Below, piece after piece: positions 9,277-19,738 of a stretch of 64,000 bases of DNA. The stretch lies in the NCBI GenBank assembly GCA_965217865.1, contig CBDCJO010000002.1:4032001-4096000 (forward strand). Direction: 5' to 3'. Numbering within the stretch: the first letter of the stretch is position 1; each line of letters starts with the position of its first letter. Source of the stretch: Candidatus Latescibacterota bacterium (GTDB lineage Bacteria; Latescibacterota; UBA2968; SICM01). Both the position numbers and the translations under genes were made by a program. The notes under the pieces were generated by a model. That model made no database searches. It was given only the letters and a program-made list of their open reading frames with translations, and was not told the DNA's origin.

Positions 9277-10161
9277 CTACGCGAAGCACCCCTTCATGAA
9301 CGTGTCAAACGTCCGCTTGTTCTTCCGGTTGTTGTATTTGTAACACGCCTCAGCCACATAGAACGGCGTGTAACGCTTCGTGTAGTGATGATGGGAACCG
9401 TACCAGGCACGCTTGAGCAGAGACCACACGCCTTCAATCGTATTCGTGTGTATGTCACCGTCCGCATAATGCCTGGCATGGTGGATCACAGCGTGACTCA
9501 TGATTTGCCTTACGGTATTATAAGCACTGTATTCATCCGTGACAAGCATCGACCCTTCGGGGTCTATCGCCTGCTTGACGAAGGCCAGAACTCCCTTGCC
9601 AGATAGATCGTCCGCCACACGGGCAACCACCTTCCCGCCACGCTCCACTGCCCCTATAACCGGAGTCTTGCGGGTTCCGCGCCCCCTGGGAGCGTTGCCG
9701 CCGCCTCCTGACCGCTTGTTACGCTTCCGTGGCTTGCCTCCTACGTAGGTCTCATCTGCCTCGATGATTCCTCGCAAGAGCACTCTACCATTCCTTGTCG
9801 CCATCTCGGCACGAATCCGCTGTTGCATATACCATGCCGACCGCTGGGTAAGGTTCAGGTCCCGGGCAAGCTGACAACTGGACAGGCTCTTCTTGGCGTT
9901 CACGATCAAGGCGATTGCCATAAACCACTTCTGAAGCGGCAGGTACGTTTTCTGAAATATTGTCCCTGAAAGAACATTGAAGCTGGACCCGCAGGCATGA
10001 CAGTTCCAGCGTCCAACGCGGTTACGGTCCTTCTTGCGGGCAACGTCACCAACGACACCGCAGAGCGGACAAAACGGATCATCTCCGAATCTCACCCGCT
10101 CAAGGTGATCAATGCATGATTCCTGAGTAGGGAACCTTTCAATCGCCGTCAACAAGTTCAT
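9277..10161 (-). CDS. IS1595-family transposase
   Basis: CPLCG..CHAC zinc ribbon, EADETYVGG, TDE, HTNTIEGVWS. Confidence 0.95.
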   Translation of the reverse strand: MNLLTAIERFPTQESCIDHLERVRFGDDPFCPLCGVVGDVARKKDRNRVGRWNCHACGSSFNVLSGTIFQKTYLPLQKWFMAIALIVNAKKSLSSCQLARDLNLTQRSAWYMQQRIRAEMATRNGRVLLRGIIEADETYVGGKPRKRNKRSGGGGNAPRGRGTRKTPVIGAVERGGKVVARVADDLSGKGVLAFVKQAIDPEGSMLVTDEYSAYNTVRQIMSHAVIHHARHYADGDIHTNTIEGVWSLLKRAWYGSHHHYTKRYTPFYVAEACYKYNNRKNKRTFDTFMKGCFA

Positions 10162-10297
10162 TTTCCTTCCTCCTCTTTTTTGGTTAAGTTGGTTGTTTTC
10201 ACTACACTTAATATAACCGAAAAGAGGGTAAAAGTCAAGCCCTTAGATTCTAATTGCGAAATTAAAAGGTAGACCGGACTCAGGTCTGGGTTCGGGA

Positions 10298-11407
10298 TCA
10301 GGCGTCTGGGGTTTCGGTTTTCCGGTTCCGGACCAGCCTCTTCTTCCGTGCGTTGAACAGAGCGGTGAATCGTTTCCTGATTGGACCCCGCGTTTCCCCC
10401 GCGGGGGGATCGAGGGTCAGGGCGAAGCAAAGGTCAACCATATCCCTCATGTCACAGGCGGAAATATATTCCTCAGCAGGCCAGCGCTTTCCCAGATTGT
10501 GATAGTTACCGAGTGGAAACGCGAGAGCTCCCACGGTCATGCCGTGAAGCAGATAAAGCGTGGCCTCGCAAACCCCACCGCTCATCAACTGCCGTTGATA
10601 CCGGAAAGAACGCTTCCGCTTCCGAAGCTCCTGGGCACGGAAGTGGATGGCGTATTCCACTCGAGGATCGAAGGTGCTCACCCTGTCCCCGACACGGATG
10701 ACAGGCCCCTGCCCTACCTCGCCCCCCGGCAAGGCCTTACTGGCTTCCAGAACCAGAACGGGTGCGCGCGCGGGAATCATCCGTTCGAGGGTGACCCCCG
10801 CCGCACCGAGCAGCCCCACCTCCTCCGCGCGGGTGAACACGCCATAAAGGTTCGCCTCCGCTTTCACCCGATGCAAGCGGTCAAGTGTCGCCAGGATGGC
10901 AGCACATCCCGCCAGGTTATCGGCTGCCTTCGTTAAGATTCGGTCTCCGTCAAACTTCACCGGTGCGAGTCGCCAGTAGCCGAAAGCCCCGTTCGATTCC
11001 AGAACCGGCCGCTGAGTGCGGATCGAAAAGATCGAATCCTTTCCCGCCGATGTCATGAGCGGGGAGGTTATCTTTCCCGGGATCTCAACCCCATTTGAGA
11101 TAACAGTCACCTTCGAACCGGGGAAATGACGAGGGTCGCACGCACCCAGCCACTCTGCGGTGAGGTCTTTCCCCCCGGCTTGAAGAACCTCGAATCCGGG
11201 GTGATCCATGTGGGCGGTTAGTGCAAGCGGTTTTATCCCACGACCCTTTCGGTAGCGAAGCATCAGGTTGCCGTATCGATCGGATCTTACGGGGATTTTT
11301 CGATCGGTGGCAAAGACACGAACGTGGTCCTGAACCGCGTTTTCGTGGAAGGGGGCGGTGGGAAGGGAGAGGAGGTCCCGGACGATTTTTCGGGTCGCTC
11401 TGTCCAT
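10298..11407 (-). CDS. M20/M28/M42-type metallopeptidase/hydrolase
   Basis: AHMDHPG, ADNLAG, RAEEVGLLGA, GGVCEA, NYHN; start placed at ATG 11407. Confidence 0.8.
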   Translation of the reverse strand: MDRATRKIVRDLLSLPTAPFHENAVQDHVRVFATDRKIPVRSDRYGNLMLRYRKGRGIKPLALTAHMDHPGFEVLQAGGKDLTAEWLGACDPRHFPGSKVTVISNGVEIPGKITSPLMTSAGKDSIFSIRTQRPVLESNGAFGYWRLAPVKFDGDRILTKAADNLAGCAAILATLDRLHRVKAEANLYGVFTRAEEVGLLGAAGVTLERMIPARAPVLVLEASKALPGGEVGQGPVIRVGDRVSTFDPRVEYAIHFRAQELRKRKRSFRYQRQLMSGGVCEATLYLLHGMTVGALAFPLGNYHNLGKRWPAEEYISACDMRDMVDLCFALTLDPPAGETRGPIRKRFTALFNARKKRLVRNRKTETPDA

Positions 11408-11477
11408 AAAATCCGTGAAACGGCAAACGGCAAACGGGAAACGTGGATCGGGATTTTTCGTTCGTGAACGCCGTCCT

Positions 11478-12944
11478 TCAAGTCCACCGGCTGATGGTGA
11501 CCTTCTGGCGGGTGAAGAAGGCCACGCCCTCCCGTCCCTGGACGTGAAGGTCGCCGAAGAAGGAGGCGTTCCAGCCGGAGAAGGGGAAGAAGGCCATTGG
11601 GGCGGGGACACCGACGTTGATGCCGACCATGCCGGCGCTTATCCTGTGGCGGAATTTCCGGGCTGCGGTTCCGCTGGAAGTAAAAAGGACCGCGGCATTC
11701 CCGTAGCCGCTATCGTTGCAGGAATCGATCGCGGCGTCCAGATGGTCCGTCCGGATGACGGAAAGGACCGGGCCGAATATTTCATCGCGAGCAATTTCCA
11801 TCTGGGGGGTTACGTGATCGAAGACGGTCGGACCGACATAGAACCCCCCGGGGGGGTCATCGACGGTGACATCACGACCGTCCACGAGAAGCTTCGCTCC
11901 TTCAGAAACCCCTTTTTCGATATAGCTTCGGATCCGTTCGAGGTGTTGAGGGGTGACGACGGGGCCCATCTGGGCTTGGGGGTTGCGGTCCGTGGGGCCT
12001 GTCCGGAGGTTTTTGACGGCATCGCAGAGCCGCGGAAGCAGACGCGTCCCGGCTTCTCCAACACAGACGAGGACGCTTCCGGCCATACAGCGTTCGCCAG
12101 CACAACCGTAAGCGGAACCGAGGATTGCATCGATGGTCGGGTCAATGTCTGCGTCCGGCATTGCGACCATGTAGTTTTTTGCCCCGCCTGAAGACTGGAC
12201 GCGCTTCCCTTTCATTGTCGCGACTTCGTAAACGTGCCTGGCCACGGGGGTGGACCCCACGAAGGAGATGGCGTGAACCCGGGGGTGGGTCAGGAGAGCG
12301 TCCACTGCGGCCTGGCCGCCGTGGACCAGGTTGAGAACGCCGGGTGGGAGTCCGGCTTCGATGAGGAGTTCAACGATTCGGATGGCGCTGAGGGGTACCT
12401 TTTCAGAGGGTTTGAGAACAAAGGTATTGCCGCACGCCAGGGCGATCGGAAATGTCCACATCGGGACCATCACGGGGAAGTTGAACGGGGTGATGGCCGC
12501 GCAGACTCCGAGGGGTTGGAGAATGGTATCGCTGTCGATGTCTCGCGCGATGTTTTCGAGAGATTCACCCATCATCAAGGAGGGTATGCCGCAGGCGAAT
12601 TCAACGACTTCGATTCCCCGCCTTACGGAGCCCCTGGCCTCGTCGAGGGTCTTCCCGTTTTCCCGGGTCACCGATTGTGCGAGTTCCTCGAAGCGGTTCT
12701 CCAGGATCTCCTTGTATCGAAACAACAGTCGGACCCTTTCGACCGGCGGGGTCTCGGCCCACGTGGGGAATGCCCTGTCCGCGGCGTCGACGGCCAACCC
12801 CACCTCATCGGCCCCGCAGAAGGGCGTCGAGGCGATCTGGGTCCCGTCCGAAGGATTGTAGACGGGTTCGGAGGTCGTGGCAGCAGACGTGAACCACTCA
12901 CCCCCTATGTAGATGGGACATGTCGGTGGGGGAGGGGGAGTCAT
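11478..12944 (-). CDS. mmsA: CoA-acylating methylmalonate-semialdehyde dehydrogenase
   Basis: ITPFNFP, ISFVGST, GGAKN, GCAGERCMA, GMVGINVGVPAP, SFFGDLH. Confidence 0.92.
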   Translation of the reverse strand: MTPPPPPTCPIYIGGEWFTSAATTSEPVYNPSDGTQIASTPFCGADEVGLAVDAADRAFPTWAETPPVERVRLLFRYKEILENRFEELAQSVTRENGKTLDEARGSVRRGIEVVEFACGIPSLMMGESLENIARDIDSDTILQPLGVCAAITPFNFPVMVPMWTFPIALACGNTFVLKPSEKVPLSAIRIVELLIEAGLPPGVLNLVHGGQAAVDALLTHPRVHAISFVGSTPVARHVYEVATMKGKRVQSSGGAKNYMVAMPDADIDPTIDAILGSAYGCAGERCMAGSVLVCVGEAGTRLLPRLCDAVKNLRTGPTDRNPQAQMGPVVTPQHLERIRSYIEKGVSEGAKLLVDGRDVTVDDPPGGFYVGPTVFDHVTPQMEIARDEIFGPVLSVIRTDHLDAAIDSCNDSGYGNAAVLFTSSGTAARKFRHRISAGMVGINVGVPAPMAFFPFSGWNASFFGDLHVQGREGVAFFTRQKVTISRWT

Positions 12945-12993
12945 AAGCGGTTTTCTCCTTAGATTAAAACGCCGTTCGATTCGTCTGCCCGTT

Positions 12994-13878
12994 TTAGCTT
13001 CTCACAAACTTTTGCAGCCGCTGTCCCCGGTCTTCCCCCCCGATCTCGGCGACATAGACGCTTCCCTCGTCATCGACACAGATCCCGTGGGGGGCCTGAA
13101 GCACGCCTCCCGAGGCGCCGGAGAATCGGCTGATCCGTTTCCCGTCGGGCGACCAGACGCTGACGTGTCCGTACCCCCCCTGCTCGGCCACGTAGATGGT
13201 GTTGTCGTCCGTTACCCAGACGTCCCCGGGCATCTCCAGGTCGTTCCATTCTTCGATAAATTCACCGTCTGGATCGAAGAGCTGAATCCTGTCGTTTTCC
13301 CTATCGCACACGAGGACACGGCCGGTTTTATCGCAACCGATGTTGTGGACGACAGCGAACTGGCCGGGCCCGCTTCCCGCCTCTCCCCACGCCATCAGGT
13401 GCTCCCCTTCCTTGGAATATTTGTGTACACAGCGATTGCCATAGCCGTCGGAGACATAGAACGAACCATCCAGCCCGAAGGCGACGCCCGTGGGCATGTT
13501 GTACTCTTTGCGGTAGTGGGTTACACCCGACTGGCCCCTGTTGCCCCACTCGCGCTCCAGTTCCCCCAGCCTCGTGTATCGGCGAACGATGTGCTGGAAA
13601 GAATCGGTCAGGTAAACCTGGTCGTCCGGCCCGATGAAGATGCCGTGTGACTGGCTCACCAGGTTCGGAGAAAGGCCGAACTCCCCATAGCCCCAAGATG
13701 TGATGAAGTTACCGTCCTTGTCGAACACAATGATGGGGTGTTTTCCGCGAGTGAAGGCATAGATGCGTCCACGAGAATCGATCGCAGCGTCTGACACCAG
13801 AGAAAAGACCCATCCTTCCGGAAGCTTGGCCCAACCGTCAACGACTTCGTACTTATAATCGCCCTGTCCCAGGGCCAT
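12994..13878 (-). CDS. NHL-repeat beta-propeller (PAL-like) protein
   Basis: YVSDGYGN, PGQFAVVHNI, CDRENDRIQLFD, PHGICVD. Confidence 0.85.
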   Translation of the reverse strand: MALGQGDYKYEVVDGWAKLPEGWVFSLVSDAAIDSRGRIYAFTRGKHPIIVFDKDGNFITSWGYGEFGLSPNLVSQSHGIFIGPDDQVYLTDSFQHIVRRYTRLGELEREWGNRGQSGVTHYRKEYNMPTGVAFGLDGSFYVSDGYGNRCVHKYSKEGEHLMAWGEAGSGPGQFAVVHNIGCDKTGRVLVCDRENDRIQLFDPDGEFIEEWNDLEMPGDVWVTDDNTIYVAEQGGYGHVSVWSPDGKRISRFSGASGGVLQAPHGICVDDEGSVYVAEIGGEDRGQRLQKFVRS

Positions 13879-14145
13879 ATCATTCTCCTCTAATGAGATC
13901 TCAGTTCCGCGACTGTTCTGCCCTTTCCGTGATTGCGTGAAGGTAATGGCAAAGGGTTCCAGATGTCAACCCTATTCTACGGAGGTGGCCAGGGTAATTG
14001 GGCTTGATCTGACGCGGGTTTTTTCTCTATATTTTCTCTCGATTTTCCTGAACAGAAAGGCAGAGGCCAGAGGTTGGGGGTCAGGGGTCAGGGAAGTCAA
14101 AACCAAAATTCAGGAGCCGGGGGGCTCGCGACCTATCGGAGACGG

Positions 14146-15849
14146 TCAGGTTACCCTCAAAGCCCGACACCACAATTCCATCGTGACCATCCTGCCGATC
14201 AGGTCCCACTGATCGGCGTGGCCCTGCTCCTGATCGGATAGGAGGCGTTCGACAGCGCTCGGACGGAACAGCCCGCGCTGACGGGCATCCACACCCAGGA
14301 GGAGATCGCGCTCGAAATTGCAGAGGGCGTGACTGCGTTGATGCCAGGTTTTTGTTCGTGCGAGTGAGGGTTGGGGTGGATGACTCCGAAGACGACCCAG
14401 GAGTCTGGAGAGGAAGAGACGCCCGGAGCCTGTGGCCACCGGCAGGCCGGTTTTGGCCCAAGGAATACGCGCAAGTTTCGGAAAAAGATGGCAGAAAGCC
14501 CTGACGTAGAGACGCTGGTCAGCACGGAGAGAGGGTTTGACATCGCGGATGAAGTCCATGAGATCCCGGTCGAACAGAGGGAGCCTGATCTCCACCCGGT
14601 CGCGAAGTGTCACGAGGCCCATGAGAATGAACCGGCGCTGTCTCTGGGAAATGTCCAGAACGTCCAGCCGGTTGACCGGGGAACGGAAGGGACATAAGGC
14701 ATCGAGGCCGTTGAGGGATTCGGGGATGTAACGTTCGGTCAATTGAAAAAAATCATCGGTCAGGAGGGTCCGGCGGAGTCCCCTGGACAGAGAGGGGACC
14801 ATGTAGGGGAGGACCGATCTCCGTCCGGCAAGCTTGGTCCCCAAGGAGACAAAACTTCCGAGCATTTGCATTCCGGAAAGGGCGATCCGGGTTTGATTTC
14901 GAATTTTGTCGTAGGTCCCGACGGCGAAGGCGTGATGGAGGTTAAACGCCCCATCGGTTTTCTGGACTATGGATTCCGCGCGCCCCGGCAGTTGGTCGGG
15001 TCCGATCCGGAAGGTGTGGTGTTCCACACCAAGCAAACGCGCGACACGATCTGCGATCTTCACATCCTCTGTATCCGGTTCCCCAAAAGTAATGGCTTTG
15101 ATTCGATGTCGTGAAGATGCCGCGGCGGCGAGGACACGGGAGTCGAGCCCGCCGCTCAAGAGGACCCCGACCCCCTCCTCGGAGCAGTCCAGGATAGCGC
15201 GCCGGAGCCTGTCGCCCATCATCCTGACCGCTGTGGTTCCGGACGGCCCTCCTTCGTCTTCCCTGTAGTCCGGCTTCCAGTATGCGTCCACGGTCTTCCG
15301 ATTGCTTTGCCAGGTCAGGACAGTCGCGGGGGGGACAAGGCTGATATCTTCAATGAGGGTCCGGTGCTCCAGGAGTTGACCAAAACAGAGAAGGTCGGAT
15401 AGGGCCTGGTCATCGAGCCGGTTTTGACTTCCGGGATCCCCCATCAATGCGAAAGCCGAGGAGGAAAACATGAATCGTCCTCCCCGAATGGCCCAGCAAA
15501 GAGGCGAGAAGCCGTAACGGTCGGTGATAAGACGCAAAACGCGATTCCTGGCGTTCCATATGGCCAGGGCGGCCGGAGGTCGCAAGGATTCAAAGGGAAG
15601 CGGTCCGACGCCGTCGACCCTGCGGTCGAGGGATGAGATGCCTTCATACGCCGTGATGACGTCGGACGTGGCATCTATTCGCACCGGATGTCCCTCCAGT
15701 CCGGCAACTGCGATCGAACACTCAGCCGTTTCGACGCATTCAAGGAGGTCGTGCGGTCCTTTGAGGCGGACGCACAACCGTCGAAATAATTCAGACCGCA
15801 TCTCAGGCGATTCGTCGGGTGTCCAGACGACGCCTATTATTCCGGGCAT
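14146..15849 (-). CDS. Asparagine-synthetase-like amidotransferase, lacking the N-terminal Cys
   Basis: MPGIIG start, DRYG, LLSGGLDSR, RLPLFDRDL, ELWCR. Confidence 0.8.
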   Translation of the reverse strand: MPGIIGVVWTPDESPEMRSELFRRLCVRLKGPHDLLECVETAECSIAVAGLEGHPVRIDATSDVITAYEGISSLDRRVDGVGPLPFESLRPPAALAIWNARNRVLRLITDRYGFSPLCWAIRGGRFMFSSSAFALMGDPGSQNRLDDQALSDLLCFGQLLEHRTLIEDISLVPPATVLTWQSNRKTVDAYWKPDYREDEGGPSGTTAVRMMGDRLRRAILDCSEEGVGVLLSGGLDSRVLAAAASSRHRIKAITFGEPDTEDVKIADRVARLLGVEHHTFRIGPDQLPGRAESIVQKTDGAFNLHHAFAVGTYDKIRNQTRIALSGMQMLGSFVSLGTKLAGRRSVLPYMVPSLSRGLRRTLLTDDFFQLTERYIPESLNGLDALCPFRSPVNRLDVLDISQRQRRFILMGLVTLRDRVEIRLPLFDRDLMDFIRDVKPSLRADQRLYVRAFCHLFPKLARIPWAKTGLPVATGSGRLFLSRLLGRLRSHPPQPSLARTKTWHQRSHALCNFERDLLLGVDARQRGLFRPSAVERLLSDQEQGHADQWDLIGRMVTMELWCRALRVT

Positions 15850-15985
15850 CAGAGGCCTTTTCGGTTTCCGTTAGGCGGTTAATTTATTCGCGGTATGCCT
15901 CCCGGTTCTTTCCCCACTTCCTAAGCTTCACCTGATCGATCAATATAGCAACGACAGGCGTTCGATCGCAAGTATTCGTGAACCC

Positions 15986-16792
15986 ATGAACAACGACAGG
16001 TTGAAGAGCGAAGAAGCTTTCCACGATGCCTGGGCCCGGCAGATTCAGGTGGAGGCCATCGACCCGGAGTTGGCATTTCACCCTGATATTTCCCCCGAGA
16101 CCCATTACGCCCTCGACCGGTTAGGCGATCTGGAGGGTCGAAAGGTACTCGATCTCGGCTGTGGTGCTGGTGAGGCAAGCGTCTTTTTTGCGCGTCGGGG
16201 CGCAGAGGTCTGGGCAGCGGATCTCTCCTCGGAGATGTTGAAGGTCGCCGAGCGGCTGTCAAGACGGTACGGGGTATCTGGAAAAATTCGGTTTGTAAAG
16301 GTCAACGCGGAGGCCATGGCGTTTCCGTCGGCGACATTCGATCGTGTCTACGGATTCGGGGTCCTTCATCACCTGAATCTCGAAGCGGCCGCCTCAGAGG
16401 TTGGAAGGGTCTTGAGGTCGGATGGAAAGGCCGTGTTCGTGGAACCCTTGAAATACAACCCGATCATCAATCTCTATCGCTGGATGTCCCCGGACGTGAG
16501 AACCCCTGATGAACATCCGATTTCATTTGAGGATATCAAAAAGATCGGGAAGCCTTTTCGCCGGACACACCACAAGGAGTTTCAACTGATTTCCCTTCTG
16601 ATTCATATCTACTTCTTCGCTGTTTTAAAGATTGACCCCCGCACCGAACGATACTGGAAGCTGGCCGTCCAGAAAGGCCGAAGGTACGAGAATTGGTTTC
16701 GCGGGGTCCGCCGGTTCGATCGCGTCGCCCTAGATCGGATCGCCCCGCTTCGGTGGTTGAGCTGGGCAAGTGTCGTGGAGCTGTGGAAATGA
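15986..16792 (+). CDS. Class I SAM-dependent methyltransferase
   Basis: VLDLGCGAG, GVLHHL, RTPDEHP. Confidence 0.88.
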   Translation: MNNDRLKSEEAFHDAWARQIQVEAIDPELAFHPDISPETHYALDRLGDLEGRKVLDLGCGAGEASVFFARRGAEVWAADLSSEMLKVAERLSRRYGVSGKIRFVKVNAEAMAFPSATFDRVYGFGVLHHLNLEAAASEVGRVLRSDGKAVFVEPLKYNPIINLYRWMSPDVRTPDEHPISFEDIKKIGKPFRRTHHKEFQLISLLIHIYFFAVLKIDPRTERYWKLAVQKGRRYENWFRGVRRFDRVALDRIAPLRWLSWASVVELWK

Positions 16793-17600
16793 ATCATGGC
16801 AGGGTTCACGTTTCGTGTAACTTATGCGGGTGCAATCACACCGATCTGTTGTATCTGAAAAACGGTCTTCGGGTGGTCCAATGCAGGGTCTGCGACCTTG
16901 TCTACTTAAACCCCCGTTCTGAGAAGGATGCCGAAGTCCGGGAAAGGGAAAAGGGCCCGGCCGCTCCATGCGGCGCGAGCTTCGAACGGGAAAGGATCAT
17001 CTTCGAGCGCCGGATACTCGAAGTTCAACGGTTAAAAAGAAAACCGGGCCGCCTTCTCGACGTGGGATGCGGAACAGGAGGATTCATGGCTGTTGCCCGG
17101 GATTGCGGGTGGTCTGCCGTCGGCGTGGACCCCAATGAAGCGGCGGCAGCACACGCCCGTTGCAATCTCGGGCTGGAGGTGGTGAATGGGACACTCGAGG
17201 AACTGCCCCCGTCAAAGGGTCTTTTTGACCTGGTCACTTTTTGGGATGTCCTGGAGCACGCGCCGGATCCCATGGGTCTGATCAAAGCGCGCGGAGCCGA
17301 TTGGCTGAGGGTGGCCTGATCGGGATCACGGTCTCGAACATCTCCTCCGTGGCGGCTTGGGTCGGGGGGACGGGATGGCATGCCTTGAGGGATGAACATC
17401 TGACCTTTTTCACCCCCGAGACCCTGCGAAAGATGGTCACTTTAGCGGGTTTTGATGTGATTCGGATAGAGACGGAAGGGCTGGGGATCCCCCGGGTGGG
17501 CGGGTGGATCGGGTTTCGGTTTGCCGAGGGGGCGGTCAACGCCCTTCTCGATCTGCTTCAAGTGGGGGAGGAGGCATCTTTGTATGCGAGCAGAAAGTAG
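16789..17600 (+). pseudogene. Zn-finger class I SAM methyltransferase, frameshift at ~17290
   Basis: CNLCG..CRVC, LLDVGCGTG, WDVLEH in one frame; RLAEGGLI..EHLTFFT in the next; ATGA coupling with the upstream gene. Confidence 0.75.
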
Positions 17601-17802
17601 CCGGACCCCCCGTTCCAATCACGTAACCTTTTCGGAAGACGTTCATATGGCCAAAGACCGGGTGCCAAACCCGAATTATGCCTGTTATTTTCTTGACTTT
17701 CCCGACCGATCGTGCTATTTTGCCTGATTCAGAACAGTATGGGATCGGACAGTCCCAAAACTATTTGTTAGCGAATATTTGGACCTAAAACGGATCCCGC
17801 CG

Positions 17803-18531
17803 ATGGCAGATGGGTTGTCTATGCTCAGGGTGGCCTCCGTGTGCGATGACTGCCGTTTCTGCTGGCGTGGAAATCCCGGGGAGGACGGGGGGCGGATCGG
17901 TCTTGAGTGGGTTGTACGGGAAGTCGTCCGCCGGGTCCGATCCGAGTCCGCAAGGGACAGAAACCGTTTGGTCCCGGTGGGGGTTTCGGTTCGGCACATC
18001 CACCTCAATCAGAAGGCCCTGGATCAGCTCTATGGGACCGGGAGCAGGCTGACAAAATTCCGCGATCTCTATCAGCCCGGTGGCTATGCAGCTGAACAGA
18101 CGGTCACGCTCATCGGTTCCCGAATGCGGGCGATCGAACGGGTTCGGGTGCTAGGCCCGTTGCGGGATTATGTTCAGGTGGAGCTTGCCCGGACGGACGG
18201 GATTCTCCTCGGGATTGACCTGCCGGTCCGGGATTCGGGCAATCTGGAAGGCGCCTCGCCGATCACCCTGGTGGGTCCCGAAGGGTCCCTCACCCTTCCT
18301 GTCGCGATAAGGGCTATTCGACACGTCCATCTCGGTCCAAAGGACGTGATTCAGATGGGACTCCAGGAGGTTGAAAAGGTTCGTGTCCGCACAATGGGAC
18401 CCAAGGCCCTCCATTTCGAAAATGTTTCCGTGAAAGTTGCAAACGATTACATCCCGGAACTGCACCTGGATACCGACGACGCAAACGCAGCGGATCTGGT
18501 CTGCAGCGATCCAGTAGAAATCGAGCGGTGA
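17803..18531 (+). CDS. pduL: Phosphate acyltransferase PduL (BMC-associated)
   Basis: VGVSVRHIHL, RVLGPLR, RDSGNL, RHVHL, LHLDTDDANA. Confidence 0.9.
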   Translation: MADGLSMLRVASVCDDCRFCWRGNPGEDGGRIGLEWVVREVVRRVRSESARDRNRLVPVGVSVRHIHLNQKALDQLYGTGSRLTKFRDLYQPGGYAAEQTVTLIGSRMRAIERVRVLGPLRDYVQVELARTDGILLGIDLPVRDSGNLEGASPITLVGPEGSLTLPVAIRAIRHVHLGPKDVIQMGLQEVEKVRVRTMGPKALHFENVSVKVANDYIPELHLDTDDANAADLVCSDPVEIER

Positions 18532-18564
18532 AAAATAAACTGGTTGAACGGATTGATGGGCAAT

Positions 18565-18861
18565 ATGCGGGGACAGGCTCTGGGGATGGTTGAGACGAAG
18601 GGGCTGATCGGTTTGATAGAAGCCTCCGATGCCATGGTCAAGACCGCGCTGGTAACGCTCCAGCGTTACGAGAAGATCGGTCTGGGTTACGTCATAACGA
18701 TGGTCCGTGGAGATGTGGGAGCCGTACAAGCGGCGGTGGAAGCCGGGGCTTCTGCGGCCCAGCGGGTTGGAGAACTGGTATCCGCTCATGTCATCCCCAA
18801 CCCTCATTCAGAGGTTGAACAGGCGATCCTGGAAGCCCCTTCACCCCCTGGGGCCGGATAG
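18565..18861 (+). CDS. BMC hexamer shell protein (BMC-H)
   Basis: [31 protein letters not shown]. Confidence 0.93.
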   Translation: MRGQALGMVETKGLIGLIEASDAMVKTALVTLQRYEKIGLGYVITMVRGDVGAVQAAVEAGASAAQRVGELVSAHVIPNPHSEVEQAILEAPSPPGAG

Positions 18862-19001
18862 CAAGGGTAAAAGGCAGCCAGCAAACGTTAAAGGAAAAAA
18901 TGATGAGTGGTGAATTGTGAATCGCAACTTCACTTTCTTCACCTTGATCATCTAAGATTTTCTCCGTTTCATGTTTCACTTTCACAAAGAGGAGCGAAGG
19001 C

Positions 19002-19283
19002 ATGGGTGAAGCACTGGGGCTGATTGAAACAAAGGGTCTGGTGGCCTTGATTGAGGCCTCCGACGCGATGGTCAAGGCCGCCAACGTGAACCTCGTCAGT
19101 TGGGAGAAGATCGGGGCGGCATACGTCACTGCCGTCGTGCGAGGCGATGTGGCCGCGGTGAAAGCTGCCACCGATGCCGGCGCTGCAGCAGCACAGAAGG
19201 TCGGGGAACTGATCTCGGTCCACGTCATCCCGAGGCCGCACAGCAGCCTTGAAGATGTCCTGCCGATCGGCAAGTCGGAATAA
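19002..19283 (+). CDS. BMC hexamer shell protein (PduA/EutM-like)
   Basis: [34 protein letters not shown]. Confidence 0.95.
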   Translation: MGEALGLIETKGLVALIEASDAMVKAANVNLVSWEKIGAAYVTAVVRGDVAAVKAATDAGAAAAQKVGELISVHVIPRPHSSLEDVLPIGKSE

Positions 19284-19297
19284 TCGGGATTTAGCGG

Positions 19298-19612
19298 ATG
19301 GTCATTGGTCGGGTTGTTGGCACGGTAGTGGCCACACAGAAAGACAGGGGTCTTACGGGGACAAAGCTTCAGATCATACAGGCGGTTGGCCCCGACTTGA
19401 GTACGAAAGGCGGCTTTGTGGTGGCCGTGGACTCTGTAGGGGCGGGTGAGGGTGAGGTGGTCCTCTACACAACCGGCAGTTCCGCCCGGCAGACGGAACA
19501 AACGGAGGGAAAGCCGGTTGATGCGGTGATCGTAGCCATTGTGGACTCCGTGGATATCGAGGGGAAGACGGTTTACCAAAAAAATCTTGACACAGAATCA
19601 AACGACACATAA
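19298..19612 (+). CDS. BMC pentamer (EutN/CcmL family)
   Basis: GRVVGTVVATQK, VAVDSVGAGEGE, GSSAR, VDAVIVAIVD. Confidence 0.93.
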   Translation: MVIGRVVGTVVATQKDRGLTGTKLQIIQAVGPDLSTKGGFVVAVDSVGAGEGEVVLYTTGSSARQTEQTEGKPVDAVIVAIVDSVDIEGKTVYQKNLDTESNDT

Positions 19613-19738
19613 GCCGGGTCCTGCAAAATTCCCAACGCCCCGGTGCATTCCGGTGTTTCTCTTACATCCCCCGTGAGATTCAGGATCGTTTTCCCCCCGT
19701 GTTTTCCGTGGTTTGAACAAAATTCAATGAACGCAAAG

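Larger units (their letters stand above)
7344..10258 (-). mobile_element. IS1595-family transporter IS with passenger genes (2915 bp)
   Basis: 28-bp IR CGCAATTAGA-N6-GGGCTTGACTTT at 7344-7371 and inverted at 10231-10258; 8-bp TSD AAATTAAA at 7336-7343 and 10259-10266. Confidence 0.9.

Noticed and set aside
11358-13650. Long plus-strand ORFs (277, 242, 245 aa) and similar ones elsewhere
   Set aside because: Antisense shadows of well-supported GC-rich genes
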